A DNA stretch of 64,000 nt from Hormiphora californensis (Eukaryota; Animalia; Ctenophora): positions 1,674,001-1,738,000 of the forward strand of contig CM035351.1 in assembly GCA_020137815.1 (NCBI GenBank), read 5' to 3'. A program made the position numbers and the translations under genes. The notes beneath the pieces were generated by a model. The model worked only from the letters and a program-made list of their open reading frames with translations, was not told where the DNA came from and ran no database searches. Of this stretch, positions 47,184 to 59,000 are shown in pieces (position 1 is the stretch's first letter; each line of letters begins with the position of its first letter).

Positions 47184-50100
47184 GAGAGAGAGAGAGAACA
47201 GGGGGAGGATGGACAATGTGACAGTGCAAGTTCATGCTCGGAAGTTGCACGCTCCGAAACAAAGACACACGTTGAAAGACAATGCCTCCTCTCGTGGGAC
47301 AAACAAGTGAAAGAAGATGAGGTAGATTGGTAATGGTGAGAGGACAAAGAGGAAGACGTGTGAGTGAAATTGAACGTTTAAACTATTATATTGAAAGTTT
47401 GAAACAATTACTAATTTTACCTGGTCGTTGGCGTTTCCACGATCATCTTTACAGATCCGTCCAATAGAAGCAGCTATACCCCACTCCATCAGTCTCTTTC
47501 TCTCTCATCAGAAAATAAACGTAATTATTAACCTCCCAAGAAGTAATAAACTGGGCCGATTTGAGCAGTAGGTCGTGGGTTGTAACTGAAAAAGTTACAA
47601 GATTTAGTAAAGTGGGGAAATGTTTTTTTGAGAGGTGGGAGTTTTTGGGGGGAAGCTTTGAAGTACTTAAAGCCGACAGAGAGGAGGTAGTGATGATAGG
47701 TCTTTCTAACTTTCTATCTTGTCATGTCTCTCTTTCTTCAATACTATTTTTTAGATACAACGTGTTACTAAAGCAGAGAGGTGTGCCTCTCGATTTCTCT
47801 CCCACCCCTCCCTCTCTCTTTCTCATCCCTCCCTCTCTCTCCACACTATAGGCTTTACCTAATAAAAGTGTCTGTGTGTGTGCGTCAAGCTAGGGCTATC
47901 CGTGGGAAATAGAGAGATAGGTGGGAGCTCTCCACTATATGAGAGAAAGAACAGGCCGTGTCTTGAAATTAATTGCAGACATTGCAGACACTAGCTAAAT
48001 TCTGTGCAGCTCCAGACACTAGCTAAATTCTGTGCAGGTCTCCAGAAAAACGTGGTGTATTGTGCAGCACTTTGGATTGGTTACACTTCGTTTTACACAC
48101 CTACCATCTACTAATTCCATTTCTCTCTCTCCCCACCGCACGCACTAATTAGGGGAGAAAAATGCAAAATAGCTGCCGTCTCTCCACCCTAATAACGTGC
48201 AGAGGCATCCTTACAAAACCACTTGCTTCTGTCGTAATAGTAGCAATTAGCTGGACAATTGGGATGTATCTCTCTCTGTATCTATCTCTCTCTCTCTCTC
48301 TGTATCTCTCTCTCTGCCCTCTCTCTCCCTCTCTCTATCCCGCTCTCTCTCTCTACCCCCCTCTCCCTATTACATTCTATTAGGATCACACATGCAATCA
48401 CTAATGCAGTAGTAACAGTAGTACCACACTGTTGCTTAGGAACCTACATGTGCATCTATAATAGAACTCACTTACTCTCTAAGGATTCTCCTCTCATAAC
48501 AATTCTACCAAAATATCCCAACATGATCGACCAAAAAATCCTAAGAGATACCAAATTGAACCGAGAATAAACCCCAGACATTAAGTTTCCCACTACTCAC
48601 TTGCTCGGTCTGCACTCAGATATGTATCATGGTAGTTGCCTCCAACAGTGAACTTGGTAATGGCAGAGGAAGTCCGGTCTGTGTTTACTCCTGCATAAAT
48701 ATCATCACCCGATCGGAGGTAACTGACCCCCCAGGATGCGGACTGAGAGCACATTCGGGGTAGGTCTGAGTAACTGACCTTCTGTAGAGCTGTCAAATCT
48801 GGGGAATATTGGATTTAGTTTCAGCGATCATACGCTTCAAAACCCGCGTGACAATTATACACGAAAATAAAAGATGGAGTAGATTGTAATCACACACTCA
48901 ACAGTAAAACCCATAGCATGAGCACAACATAAACCCATAGCATGAGCACAACAGTAAAACTACCCTGGTTGTTACAGTGGTATTCCACTTACCAGGCTTA
49001 AGAATAATGGCCTCTGGTTGTGAAACTGAGTTACTGCCACACGCCAGCAAGTTACCCTGGGCTAGTGGGAGCACTTGGGTGATGATGTTCTCCGACCATG
49101 TCAACTGTGGAGAGAGAGGGAACTGGTGAGGTAAGAGTGGAGAGAGGGAACTGGTGAGGTAAGAGTGGAGAGGGAACTGGTGAGGTAAGAGTGGAGAGAG
49201 GGAACTGGTGAGGTAAGAGTGGAGAGAGAGGGAACTGGTGAGGGAAGGGTGGAGAGAGGGAACTGGTGAGGTAAGAGTGGAGAGAGAGGGAACTGGCGAG
49301 GTAAGAGTGGAGAGGGGGAACTGGTGAGGTAAGAGTGGAGAGAGGGAACTGGTGATGTAAGAGTGGAGAGAGGGACCTGTGTGGTACGAGTGGAGGGGGA
49401 ACTGGTGAGGTAGGTGGAGAGAGGGAAGCGGTGTGGGGAGAGCTGGAGAGGGGGAACATTGGTGAGGAAGAGTGCGAGGGCACCTGGTGCGGTCACAGTG
49501 GGCGACGGGAACCTGGTGAGGTAAGAGTGAGAGCGGGGAAACCTGGTTGCGTCAGACGTGGGAGAGGGGAACGCTGGTGAGGTAGAGTGGAGAGAGGGAA
49601 CTGGTGAGGTCGGTTGGAGCAGAGGGAACTGGTGAGGTAAGAGTGGGAGAGAAGGGAACTGGTGAGGTAAGAGTGGAGAGGGGAACTGGTGAGGTAAGAG
49701 TGGAGAGAGGGAACTGGTGAGGTAAGAGTGAGAGAGGGGAACTGGTGAGGTAAGAGTGGAGAGGGACTGGTGAGGAAGAGAGAGGGAACTGGTGAGTACA
49801 GAGTGGAGAGGGGAACTGGTGAGAGTGGAGGTGGGAACTGGTGAGGTAAGAGTGGAGAGGGGAAATTGGTGAGGTAAGAGTGGAGAGGGAACTGGTGAGG
49901 TAAGAGTGGAGAGAGGGGAAATTGGTGAGGTAAGAGTGGAGAGAGGGGGAACTGGTGAGGTAAGAGTGGAGAGAGGGGAACTGGTGAGGTAAGAGTGGAG
50001 AGAGGGAACTGGTGAGGTAAGAGTGGAGAGAGAGGGAACTGGTGAGGTAAGAGTGGAGAGGGGGAACTGGTGAGGTAAGAGTGGAGAGGGGGAACTGGTG

Positions 50101-50566
50101 AGGTAAGAGTGGAGAAGGGGGAACTGGTGAGGTAAGCGGTGCGAGAGGGGGAACTGGTGAGGTAAGAGCGGAGAGAGGGGGGCACTGGTGAGGTTAAGAG
50201 TGGAGAGAGGGAACTGGTGAGGTAAGAGTGGAGAGGGAACTGGTGAGGTAAGAGTGGAGAGAGAGGGAAGTGGTGAGGTAAGAGTGGAGATGGGGAACTG
50301 GTAAAGGGGCCGTGGAGAGGGAAGTTGACGACGATGATCCCTAGTTTAGATTTCAGGAAAGAAGGTTGGATTCGGAGAATGGGGTGGTTTGGGTCTTGGA
50401 AGAGAGGATGATATAGGAAGACCTTGCCTAGTAGGGAGTCATATATCAGGCTATATTTACGACGTGTGTGTGTAGCGATGAAACCAGGGCCGTTAGTGAG
50501 TGGCACGGTTTTAGTTTTACAAGTGGTCTGCAAATTGGGTTTATTGCTCTGTGCAGGATAGAGACT

Positions 50567-50643
<77 letters not shown>

Positions 50644-51363
50644 TAGAGATAGAGTGAGAGAACAGAGAGAGAAAGAGAGAGAGAGAGATGGAATAAGATA
50701 GCTGTTGCTGGAAATGTTCCATGGGGGTAATGAATTTTGGGATGGTTACCATGGTTACGAAAAGGAAGACTGTATCGAATTATGACACATCCTTAATTCT
50801 CTGTTTTTCTCCATCTTTCTGCCTCCGACTCTCCATTATACCCCTCTCTCCCTATCTCTCTCTCTCTGCTCTTCATCATCAATCTCTATTATCCCTCTAT
50901 TCACGCTTAATTTGCCATATTTAATTCATCCGCCATAATATCATGCCCCTTGCTCTCTCCAGATAGATCGAGGTGCAAAAATAGCCATTTCCTTCAGCAA
51001 GAGCACAGCAATAACACCGAGATAGAGTGCTCAATAGAGAAAATAGGAAAGTTTGCTCAAAGTGACAGGAAAATGGAAACCCCAAAATTTAGGACAAAGT
51101 AAAAACCTAACTGAACCGACAGTCGGTAGTCTCTAGTCCAATAAACTTTTGCCGTGTGACAAATATATCATATTCAGTTTGAGAGAGAGAGAGAGAGAGC
51201 ACGCGTGGGGAGAGAGAAAGAGAAGAAAGGGGTACGGAAGCGGCCCTGTTATTGCAGAAAGCTGCTGCTTCCTTCTCGGCACCCCTCCCTCCGCCGAAAC
51301 GTGTGTAAGTTTGTTAAGGGTACAAGTCCCTTTGTAAGGTGATCCCAGCTTCTGTTTCGAGAA

Positions 51364-51421
<58 letters not shown>

Positions 51422-52607
51422 TGAGCAAGAGAGAGAGGTAGGAGAGAGAGACGGAGAGAAGAATAGAGAGAAGAGAAGAGGGAGAGAGAGGGAGAGAGAG
51501 AGAGTGAAGCTCGAAGCAGAAAGAGGAGTAGAGCACCCAGTGTGTGTCCCTCCTACCTTCACTGAGCCTTCTCGATACACACGCAGATTATCTTGCCTAA
51601 TTCCTTTTGAACCCCCTCCGCTTCCGCCTCCTATCCCCTACATAATCACAAGCGGATATATGCTAATTACCATTAAACCCCCCTCTCTCTCGCCGGCAAC
51701 TCCTTATACCCCCTAACAAGGCCAGGAGTAGTAAAGGGAACCAGCAGCCCTCAGGATCACACAAGAGGTATTCAGAATTTATCCAGGTCTCCATTCTTTG
51801 CAGCTTTAAACTAGCTGTTGCAGTGCTTGTTGCATACTAAAAGTCACACACTCACTCGCACACGACACTGTCGAGCTTGCTTGCGAGCTAACGACCCAAT
51901 CAATGAAAGGACCAGATGTTTACACTTTTCACGCACACTGATTGGGCGTGTCGTGCTAATTGGAGGGAGTAATAGAAACCCGGCTCACTGGAGTCAACAT
52001 ATTATTATCAATAGATCTACTTTGAGGGGGTATTGAATCGCCGGTGAAGAATAGATATTAGAGTAGAGGAATTAACTTACAGGTTTGGCAATAAGGCATG
52101 TTTTCATATCAATGGACAACAGTAAACTCCTGAAAATTGAGTCAAATTAGTAGACCTGTAATACAGTAGTACCCCCAATTTAATCGTTGCCCATAAAAGG
52201 CATGATATACTGGGAGAGAGAGAGAAAGAGAAAGAGAGAAAGAGATAGGGACAATAAAAAGACAATTCTAACATGGGTACCTTGCGCCGATGTACAGGGT
52301 CTGCCCATCGCTGGTGAGTAAGATTGAGCTAATATTTTTCAGGCAGTCCACGCAATTTAGTTGCTCAACAACGCTTTGTGGCGTCAACACGCACACATCT
52401 TTACCGAGGTCTGAAGAACAAAGTGTAAAAAGTGGCATAACAACAGTGATAAGAAGATAAAAAAGAGAAAATATCAATCATATGGTTACCTTTCAGTTCA
52501 TATCGATTTTGAAATTGTTTCCCGAACTTTGGAACGCTGATACTGTTCGAGTTATAGAATAATGTTGCAAGTACGTACAACGTACATAACCATGGTTTTA
52601 AAACCAT
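24566..52607 (-). CDS. Transmembrane semaphorin (signal-Sema-PSI-TSP1-like-TM-Pro/Gln-rich tail)
   Basis: Exons 52607-52490 (signal), 52410-52281 (LYIGAR), 52129-52081, 49104-48993 (LLACGSNS), 48798-48601, 47585-47421 ([18 protein letters not shown]; 1-bp frameshift ~47480), 46693-46518 or 33185-33010, 46330-46216 or 32748-32634 ([10 protein letters not shown]), 28162-28062, 27217-27037 ([12 protein letters not shown]), 26532-26378 (PSI: RDPHCCWC), 26123-25858, 25727-25477 (TM), 25309-25100, 24918-24758, 24601-24566. Confidence 0.85.
30324..30378. repeat. Perfect GC-rich palindrome, 27-bp arms, intronic
   Basis: GGCGGGGATCCGGACAAGGGTCCTTTG-G-CAAAGGACCCTTGTCCGGATCCCCGCC; imperfect pairing extends to ~30298-30398. 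Confidence 0.9.
31460..33378. repeat. Copy A of a ~1.9-kb segment duplicated at ~45050-46940 (probably an allelic haplotype)
   Basis: Colinear with 45050-46940. Exon differences I checked are synonymous (e.g. AAT/AAC, TTC/TTT, ACC/ACG); introns carry indels. Confidence 0.85.
33600..45050. other. Low-quality, homopolymer-expanded sequence (probable unpolished long-read fill) re-copying 31220-33600 and 46940-49100
   Basis: 35170-37650 is a noisy copy of 31220-33600, and 42550-44820 is a noisy copy of 46940-49100. Runs of A/C/G/T are systematically lengthened and exon frames are destroyed. Confidence 0.88.
37432..42549. mobile_element. Foldback-type DNA element (~5 kb) with long inverted arms containing ~32-bp minisatellite arrays; accurate left end also at 33379-~33600
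   Basis: Starts CAGGGTGTGAACTGCATGTCG after GCTTTTAT (33379). 37432-37990 is inverted at 41960-42549. A C-rich array at 38010-40175 faces a G-rich array at 40176-41960. The sequence resumes with TTTATAGCCGCCAAG; the empty site is at ~46933-46950. Confidence 0.7.
49107..50320. repeat. Intronic ~26-30-bp minisatellite (GTGGAGAGAGGGAACTGGTGAGGTAAGA) abutting a semaphorin acceptor
   Basis: About 40 tandem units; source of the spurious 49052-50752 ORFs. Confidence 0.95.
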
Positions 52608-53039
52608 CTGAGAGGAGTATACGATTGAATATGGAACACTTTTCTGGTGACGTTTCGAACTGATAAGATCAAAGTTGAAAGACTAAAGAGGTATCCTACT
52701 ACAACTAGCGTGGGTTTAAAAGACAAATCTATAGAATTCGGGGAAAATATAGGAGGACTAAAAAATAGAGGAAAAGGTAGTGGAAATCTACGTTTAAAAT
52801 TAGCTAAACCTTTTAGCCTTATCCAGGGCCCAGGCTTTATACTAAACGTTTTTAGCAGTTGGTTTTCTTATCTTTATTCGAATTTCGATAACAATCTGAG
52901 TACAATGAGTGGTATGCACAATCCTTAGCAACAAATGAGAAAATAATACTAATACTTAAATCACACTAACTAAATCAACAACTTACAAAAAGCTTCTTAA
53001 AGTCCGTTTTTCAACGACTACCACTTAAGTCTTGAATTT

Positions 53040-53320
53040 GGGCATTGCGCGTATTAGTTTACAAAAGGGAAACCTGAATTTCAGAATCTCAGGTCAAGTC
53101 GTTTGAAACGCACTTTAAACTAGGCGGATTTTAATTCTGTAACAAATTTGAAGATAATGAAGTAGAGGAAGCAATGAGTAATGCAATTTCCTTTGTCAAG
53201 CGACTTGACCGGTTCTTGACTAAATGCGCATATTGCGCGTTATTGTACATAAGGGGAAATCCGAATTTCCAGATCTCAGGTCAGTCGTTTTTAACGCACT
53301 TATAAATGTAGATCCGCGGC
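53040..53320. repeat. Diverged direct duplication (~190-bp period) upstream of the semaphorin
   Basis: ATTGCGCG..AAGGGAAA..GAATTTC..ATCTCAGGTCA.GTCGTTT..AACGCACTT occurs at ~53044-53120 and ~53232-53305. Confidence 0.6.
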
Positions 53321-54504
53321 TCAGACGGAAGTAGACCCCGGCGACGATGCAGGTCAGTTAAACCGGCACCGAGGGGGAGCCTCTGGTAAAAATAGAGGCT
53401 GAAAGTGGCAACAAAGTGAAAATTTTGCAAAACTTGTTGAACGGACGCGCGGCTGGAACTTTGCTTTGTAAACAAATCGGATCGCGCGGCGCGGCAGAGG
53501 TTTTGTCCAATTTGTTTGCGCGTTACAAACAACACGCCTTCACTTTTTTATGTCAGCCGAGATGCGCGTTGTTCTATCCAGAGTCAAAATAACTTTGCTC
53601 ACTTTTTCAACCAATCAAAATAGCGCATGGTTCCTTCACGCCTCAGGTGTTCTCCACATCGGTTCGAAGGCCCGGTGCGAAGAGGACGGTCTTATATGAG
53701 ACAACACATCGTAGTGGAAGCTCTCGCGGTATTTCCCACGGACTGTGGGAAAAGAGAGATAGATAGAAATACTAAGAGAGAGAAGTTTTGCTGGAGAAGT
53801 AGGCGGCCAGAAAGATTTGTGACAGGCACCTGGCACAAGTAATCCTACGCTGAAACCATGTCCTTCATGTCATCTGAGAAAAACCAAAAGGTACGGTTTT
53901 ATTATTGAGCCTGCTACAAAGAGATCAAGAGTGACATCAATCACAGTTGAAGATGTGGACTCAAAAGCAATCCGTAAAAAGGTTCAAAGGTGCGTGATAT
54001 TGGGTGTGTCCTAATACTGGTTTCATGTCCTTAAAGGACTCCTTTCATGCACTGTGGCAAGTTTCCTGTATGTCTCTTGTGTCTCCTTTTTACATATGCA
54101 CAATGATCATTGTTCATCTTTAATTCATACACTTTACTGATAGTTTACACTGATTATGTATGTACTGTATGTGAAGATTTTTCAGTTTTCTTAAGTGCAA
54201 TGCAGTGGTGGTATCATGAAAAGCATTTAATCATCCTTAATTTCTTAATTATGTTACCCTCAAGTGGAACTAGGGTATGTCAAATCAGACAGAATGATGG
54301 CTAATGAGATCGATTTATAGTCCTCATAGTTAATACTGTTATGCTGAATGTTTACTTTTTTGGAGTAACGAAGGATGGGAAATCGGTCATTTTAGTTATC
54401 TCCAATTTTAGATTGGTAAAATATTGATAATTCATTTCCAACATAAATAAGACATTAATTAAAAACTACAATCATGCGTTTATAATAGTCCTCACGCTGA
54501 ATGT

Positions 54505-56336
54505 CTATTCTACTTTATCGAAGATAACATGGTAACCCTTGGTTGGGCGAACAATGGTAAAACGATAATCCCAGTCCATTACTTTCTCCTCCCCAGGTAT
54601 CGGCCTCATGTCGTACTCCTTGAAGGTATACACAAGAGCCAGCTTCATACTCAACATAGCCAGATGTTTTCCCATGCACACCCTGGGTCCAGCCACAAAT
54701 GGAAGATAGGTAAAGGGTGTGATATCCTTGGATCCATTCTCCCATCTCTCAGGTATGAACTCCCTCGGGTTCTTCCAGTATTCCGGTAGACGGTGGAGCA
54801 CCAAATGCCCAAAGAATATCATACCCCTCTCCTTGGCGATGAGATCCTTGGTAATTGGTGTTCCTTTTTTGGTGATTGCTCGGATGCCTCTCATCAGTGT
54901 GGGATGGAGTCTCAGTGCTTCAAGAATCACCATCTCTGTGTAAGGGAGGCTCTTATCCATGGACTGTAGAGTACTCAGATCAGCCTGTCTGATCTCCTCG
55001 ACCATTTTCTGGTACACCCGCGGCTCTCTCATCACTCGCACCATCATGTTCGCCAAGGTTTTCCCCATGTTGTCAATTACCAAGAAGATGGTGAAAATGT
55101 CATCTATCATGCAGGTTGTGATCTCTCCCCCGGGCTTGTTAGCCTTTTTACTCATCATGTTAGCATTGATAACATGATGTAAAATGTCGTCCGGTTTCGG
55201 ACCTCCGTTATCCTTGACCTCTTGTCTTTTCACATCCACGATTTTCTTGCAGATGTTTCGTAGTTTGGCGACGTTGCAGATCACTTCATTTACCTCCCCG
55301 CTCATTCTCATTCCCAGTGTTTCCTTGTAGCTTCCAAACTGCTGCGGTGCCCATTTCAAAATGCCCTGGATCACCTGGTTGTGGAACTTGGCATTGGAAG
55401 ATACAAACTCACAATCCAAATCAAATCCGAGAGATCCCAGGAAATACTGGTAGAGCTCTCCGTAAAACTCGACAATATCCACGTGGGTCTTTCCAATCTT
55501 TATCTCAGAAAACTGCTTGTCCAGACCTCGATGGATAAAGCCGTGGCAGTTGTCAAACATGCCAGTGAGATGGATCTTGGAGAAATACGGGGACATTATC
55601 TTCCTTTTTTGGGCCCACTCTGATCCCCCAGTAATGGTCAGGAAACTACTGGTTCCCGTCATCCTCTTTCCAAAGAGGGATCGATTTGGGATGAAGTTGG
55701 ACTTGGTGAACAAGCTGATCTCTGTTAGCATATACCGAACGACATCGGGGTCAACTGTAAAGAACTTAGCTCCGGAGTACCTCCAGAATAGGATGGTCTT
55801 ACCATGTTCAAGCACCCACTCCTCCAGCAGATCAAACAGGGTGTTAGTTTTCTGTGCAGCGGCTAGAGTGTCCCAGTTACCCGCGAAGAAAGATGCTCGT
55901 GGCGGTTGGGGCCAGTCAGAGTATTGAATATGGGCGTCATGAATTGTCAGGGTTAGAGTTATGAAGTAGCTAATCAAACCACAGGCGATAGATCCCAACA
56001 CTCCAAATCTTCGGAGATCACTAAGAGTGTCCACAAACTCGAAATTGTTGATTGCCGACACGATAAGTAAACCAGAACCCACCACTGAAACGAAAACATT
56101 TGATTATTTGATAAGCTGTCTCAGGTATCGCGCTGACCCGTTTTAGATCGAGAAGAGTGGTCACTTATAACCACTCTCCTCGGTCCAAAACGATCCCTAA
56201 CCACTGGTTAGGCATCTTACTGGCAGCTGATAAGGGTCGATCCAATGCAATGTTAATTTAGAAAAAGCATAATATTTATTAATTTACCTGATATAGGGAT
56301 GTATGGGTTCCTCCTAAACACACTGGTGATAAACAT
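54505..56336 (-). CDS. Cytochrome P450, CYP46-clan-like, 2 coding exons, atypical I-helix
   Basis: Exon 56336-56288 joins (phase 1) to exon 56084-54505. It has a TM anchor, PQPPRASFFAGN, WAQKRK (WxxxR), EALR, PERW and FVAGPRVCMG (heme Cys). Confidence 0.93.
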
Positions 56337-56531
56337 ATCACTGCTCTTCTACACAACTAATTCTCAAACAAGGTAAAGAGAATTGAGGTGTCAATATACG
56401 GATCTCAACACACCCACGCACCGTATCGTGGTGTGTGCTTGGTTTGTGTGCAAACATTTAACAAGCCGAGCCTATAATGAGACATTCTCGAATAGCACCA
56501 CATGTGTGATACTGGTCTCAGAAACATAGTA

Positions 56532-56783
56532 GGAGTGGTTAGATCAACACGTGCCAAAAGTCGCGTGACGTGTGCCACTCGAAGTTTAGGACTTAGGTTA
56601 CTGACACTATCCTTCACTTAGCATCGAATCAAAAAATGCCTCTCAAGTCTTTTGTAGATCGCATTGAGATCATTCGAAAACTTGAAGGTCATTTTTTGAT
56701 CGGTTGCGAAATGAAGGAGCTACCTATGACAATGTGCAAAAAGGTGGCACGCGACTTTTGGCACGTGCTGATCTAACCGCTCC
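56532..56783. mobile_element. MITE with ~36-bp TIRs, TA-flanked, upstream of the P450
   Basis: GGAGTGGTTAGATCAACACGTGCCAAAAGTCGCGTG ... CACGCGACTTTTGGCACGTGCTGATCTAACCGCTCC. Confidence 0.85.
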
Positions 56784-57057
56784 TAATAATATGCCATCCC
56801 GAAACCGGCATTTATGCCATCGAAATTGTGGAAGTTCTGTTGCAGTGTGACTGTGTGTCATGTCACATTGTCACACTAGTGTGAGCAAGAAACTGGAACA
56901 CGCGGGACACTTTTTATAACGAAAGGTTCCAAGTGAGCAGCTGGAACGCGCGCTCAACGTGCTTCAGTTCTTCACTCCTGCGCGCAATTTTGCGCTGACA
57001 AGCGATCGCGGGTCGATGAAACCTTACTTAGGCCGAAGTACTGTGTCACACAGTGCC

Positions 57058-57363
57058 CAGGGGTGTAGGAATAGGGGGGGGGGGGCGAGGGGGGCGGCCG
57101 CCCCCCCACTTTTCGCCAGGTTCGCCCCCTCACTTCTGTCGCCACCAGTCAACACTCACTCCCAAATGACGAAATCATGACTTTTTGGCTCAAAACCCTA
57201 AAAATTTTCTCGGGCTCCGCTGTCGCTCCGCCCGATGTATGGTAAATGCAATGGAATAGGTGACTAAATCCTGACCACAAAAATTTTTCTTGGGCGCTTG
57301 TCAGCGCTGAAATTGGTCACGTGACTTCGCCCCCTCACTTTAAAAATCATTCCTACACCCCTG
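57058..57363. mobile_element. hAT-type MITE
   Basis: TIR CAGGGGTGTAGGAAT / ATTCCTACACCCCTG; perfect 8-bp TSD ACAGTGCC on both sides. Confidence 0.92.
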
Positions 57364-58173
57364 ACAGTGCCTGACTGTACAAATGAACCTCAATTTTAGC
57401 CAATGGAGTATCAGGTATATGAAAATAGAGGTCATAATACATCATGATAATGCCCGTTGGTGGATAACACGACATAAAGACAGTGGTGGTGATGGACAAA
57501 TGACAATGGTAAACACTTGGACAAGGCTAACTTGAATTGTAGTCGGTACAATTTAAATACATTCCTCAATCTCTTCAGATGATTATCATATTATTTCATA
57601 TCGAAGCTAGCTTGTAAATTCATGCACGATAACAACATTTCAGAGCGCTATATTAATATATGAGTGGTGAAATAGAACGGGTGTTCATGTGAGAAAGAAA
57701 GAAGACGATGTAAAAAGATAAAGAGAGAGATGTAACACGCAAATTATATGAGATCTGCAGAGTTCTTGTTAAAAGAAGGGACTCAGAGGAACACGCACTG
57801 ATTTGCATAGGTCTGAAACACAATTGTGAATTTATAATCTTCATTTGTTCAACAGCTTGTAAAAACACACGGCCTATCTCTCTCAGTTTCTTCCTCTCTC
57901 TCTCTGTTGGTGCCACATACCGTGCATGATACGTCGAAATATCCTACATTTTTCACTAAATCACATCTGCATGGTTTTCCTGCAGATAATTTAAAAACAC
58001 ATTCAATCATCGTATTGTTTCGTAAGATCTCTGTCTCTCTCAGTATATGACTCACTCTTATTTTAGTCCCTCGATCTCTATCATGTTGCAACCCTCTCTT
58101 AACTATCTATCTGACCTCTCTCAGTACATCCTTCTTTGTATTTTGCGACAAAGTCCAGCAGATAAGCTTCTAT

Positions 58174-58290
<117 letters not shown>

Positions 58291-59000
58291 CGCGTCAACA
58301 ATATGATTGAGTATAACACAGCTTGTCATCACTCTGCTCGCATAATATATGTGTTCATGAATAAGAAAACACATCTTCCGTGCCATCCTTGTGTGTAGAG
58401 TGATGTGGTGGAGTACTGTGAGTTCATGTGTACTTGTGTCCCCCCCCCCCAATTGTATGGGACCCTATACTCCCACTAACATTATGATCTTTCTGCTTTT
58501 ATCTGGGATTGATCTCTTTTGTGAATGGGATTTGTTACGGATTAACACATTCTACTTCTAGCATGCGTCATTAGTTTTTGCTACATTATATATTTCTTTA
58601 TAAGCAATCTTTCCGCACTCCATTCTTCTCTCACTAGCTTCAACTTACTTCCGAACTGATTGTTGTTCTCGGCCACCAGCAGTAGTGTGAGCAACAAATG
58701 ATTAGTGTGCAGCAGTAGTGTGTGTTGTGGTTTTGTTAGCTCGACAAGCAGTTCACTGCAATTGGCGAAAATTTCTTGCTTTTATTCAATCTCTCTCTGT
58801 CCCTTTATCTTTATTGTTTAGTTGTCATGGGCTCCCATCGACCTGATTTGTCACACACGATATACTCGGTAATTGTCAACGATGATTTTGAGTCAATTGT
58901 TGCTCCCACTTTTTTTTAAATTTCAAATCTTTGTCAAGCGAGGTTCTTGTGACGAGCTCATCGATTCACAGTGTAATTCTAATTCCCCTCTCTTTCTCAG

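Noticed and set aside
49052-50752. 419-aa and overlapping repetitive ORFs
   Set aside because: Stop-free reading of an intronic minisatellite.
52411-52477. Hydrophobic N-terminus of ORF 52268-52477 as a signal peptide
   Set aside because: It is a 79-nt pyrimidine-rich intron; the real signal exon is 52607-52490.
53627-54015. Small plus-strand gene downstream of a CpG-rich, CCAAT-containing region
   Set aside because: No convincing spliced ORF or homology could be built, so it was left uncalled.
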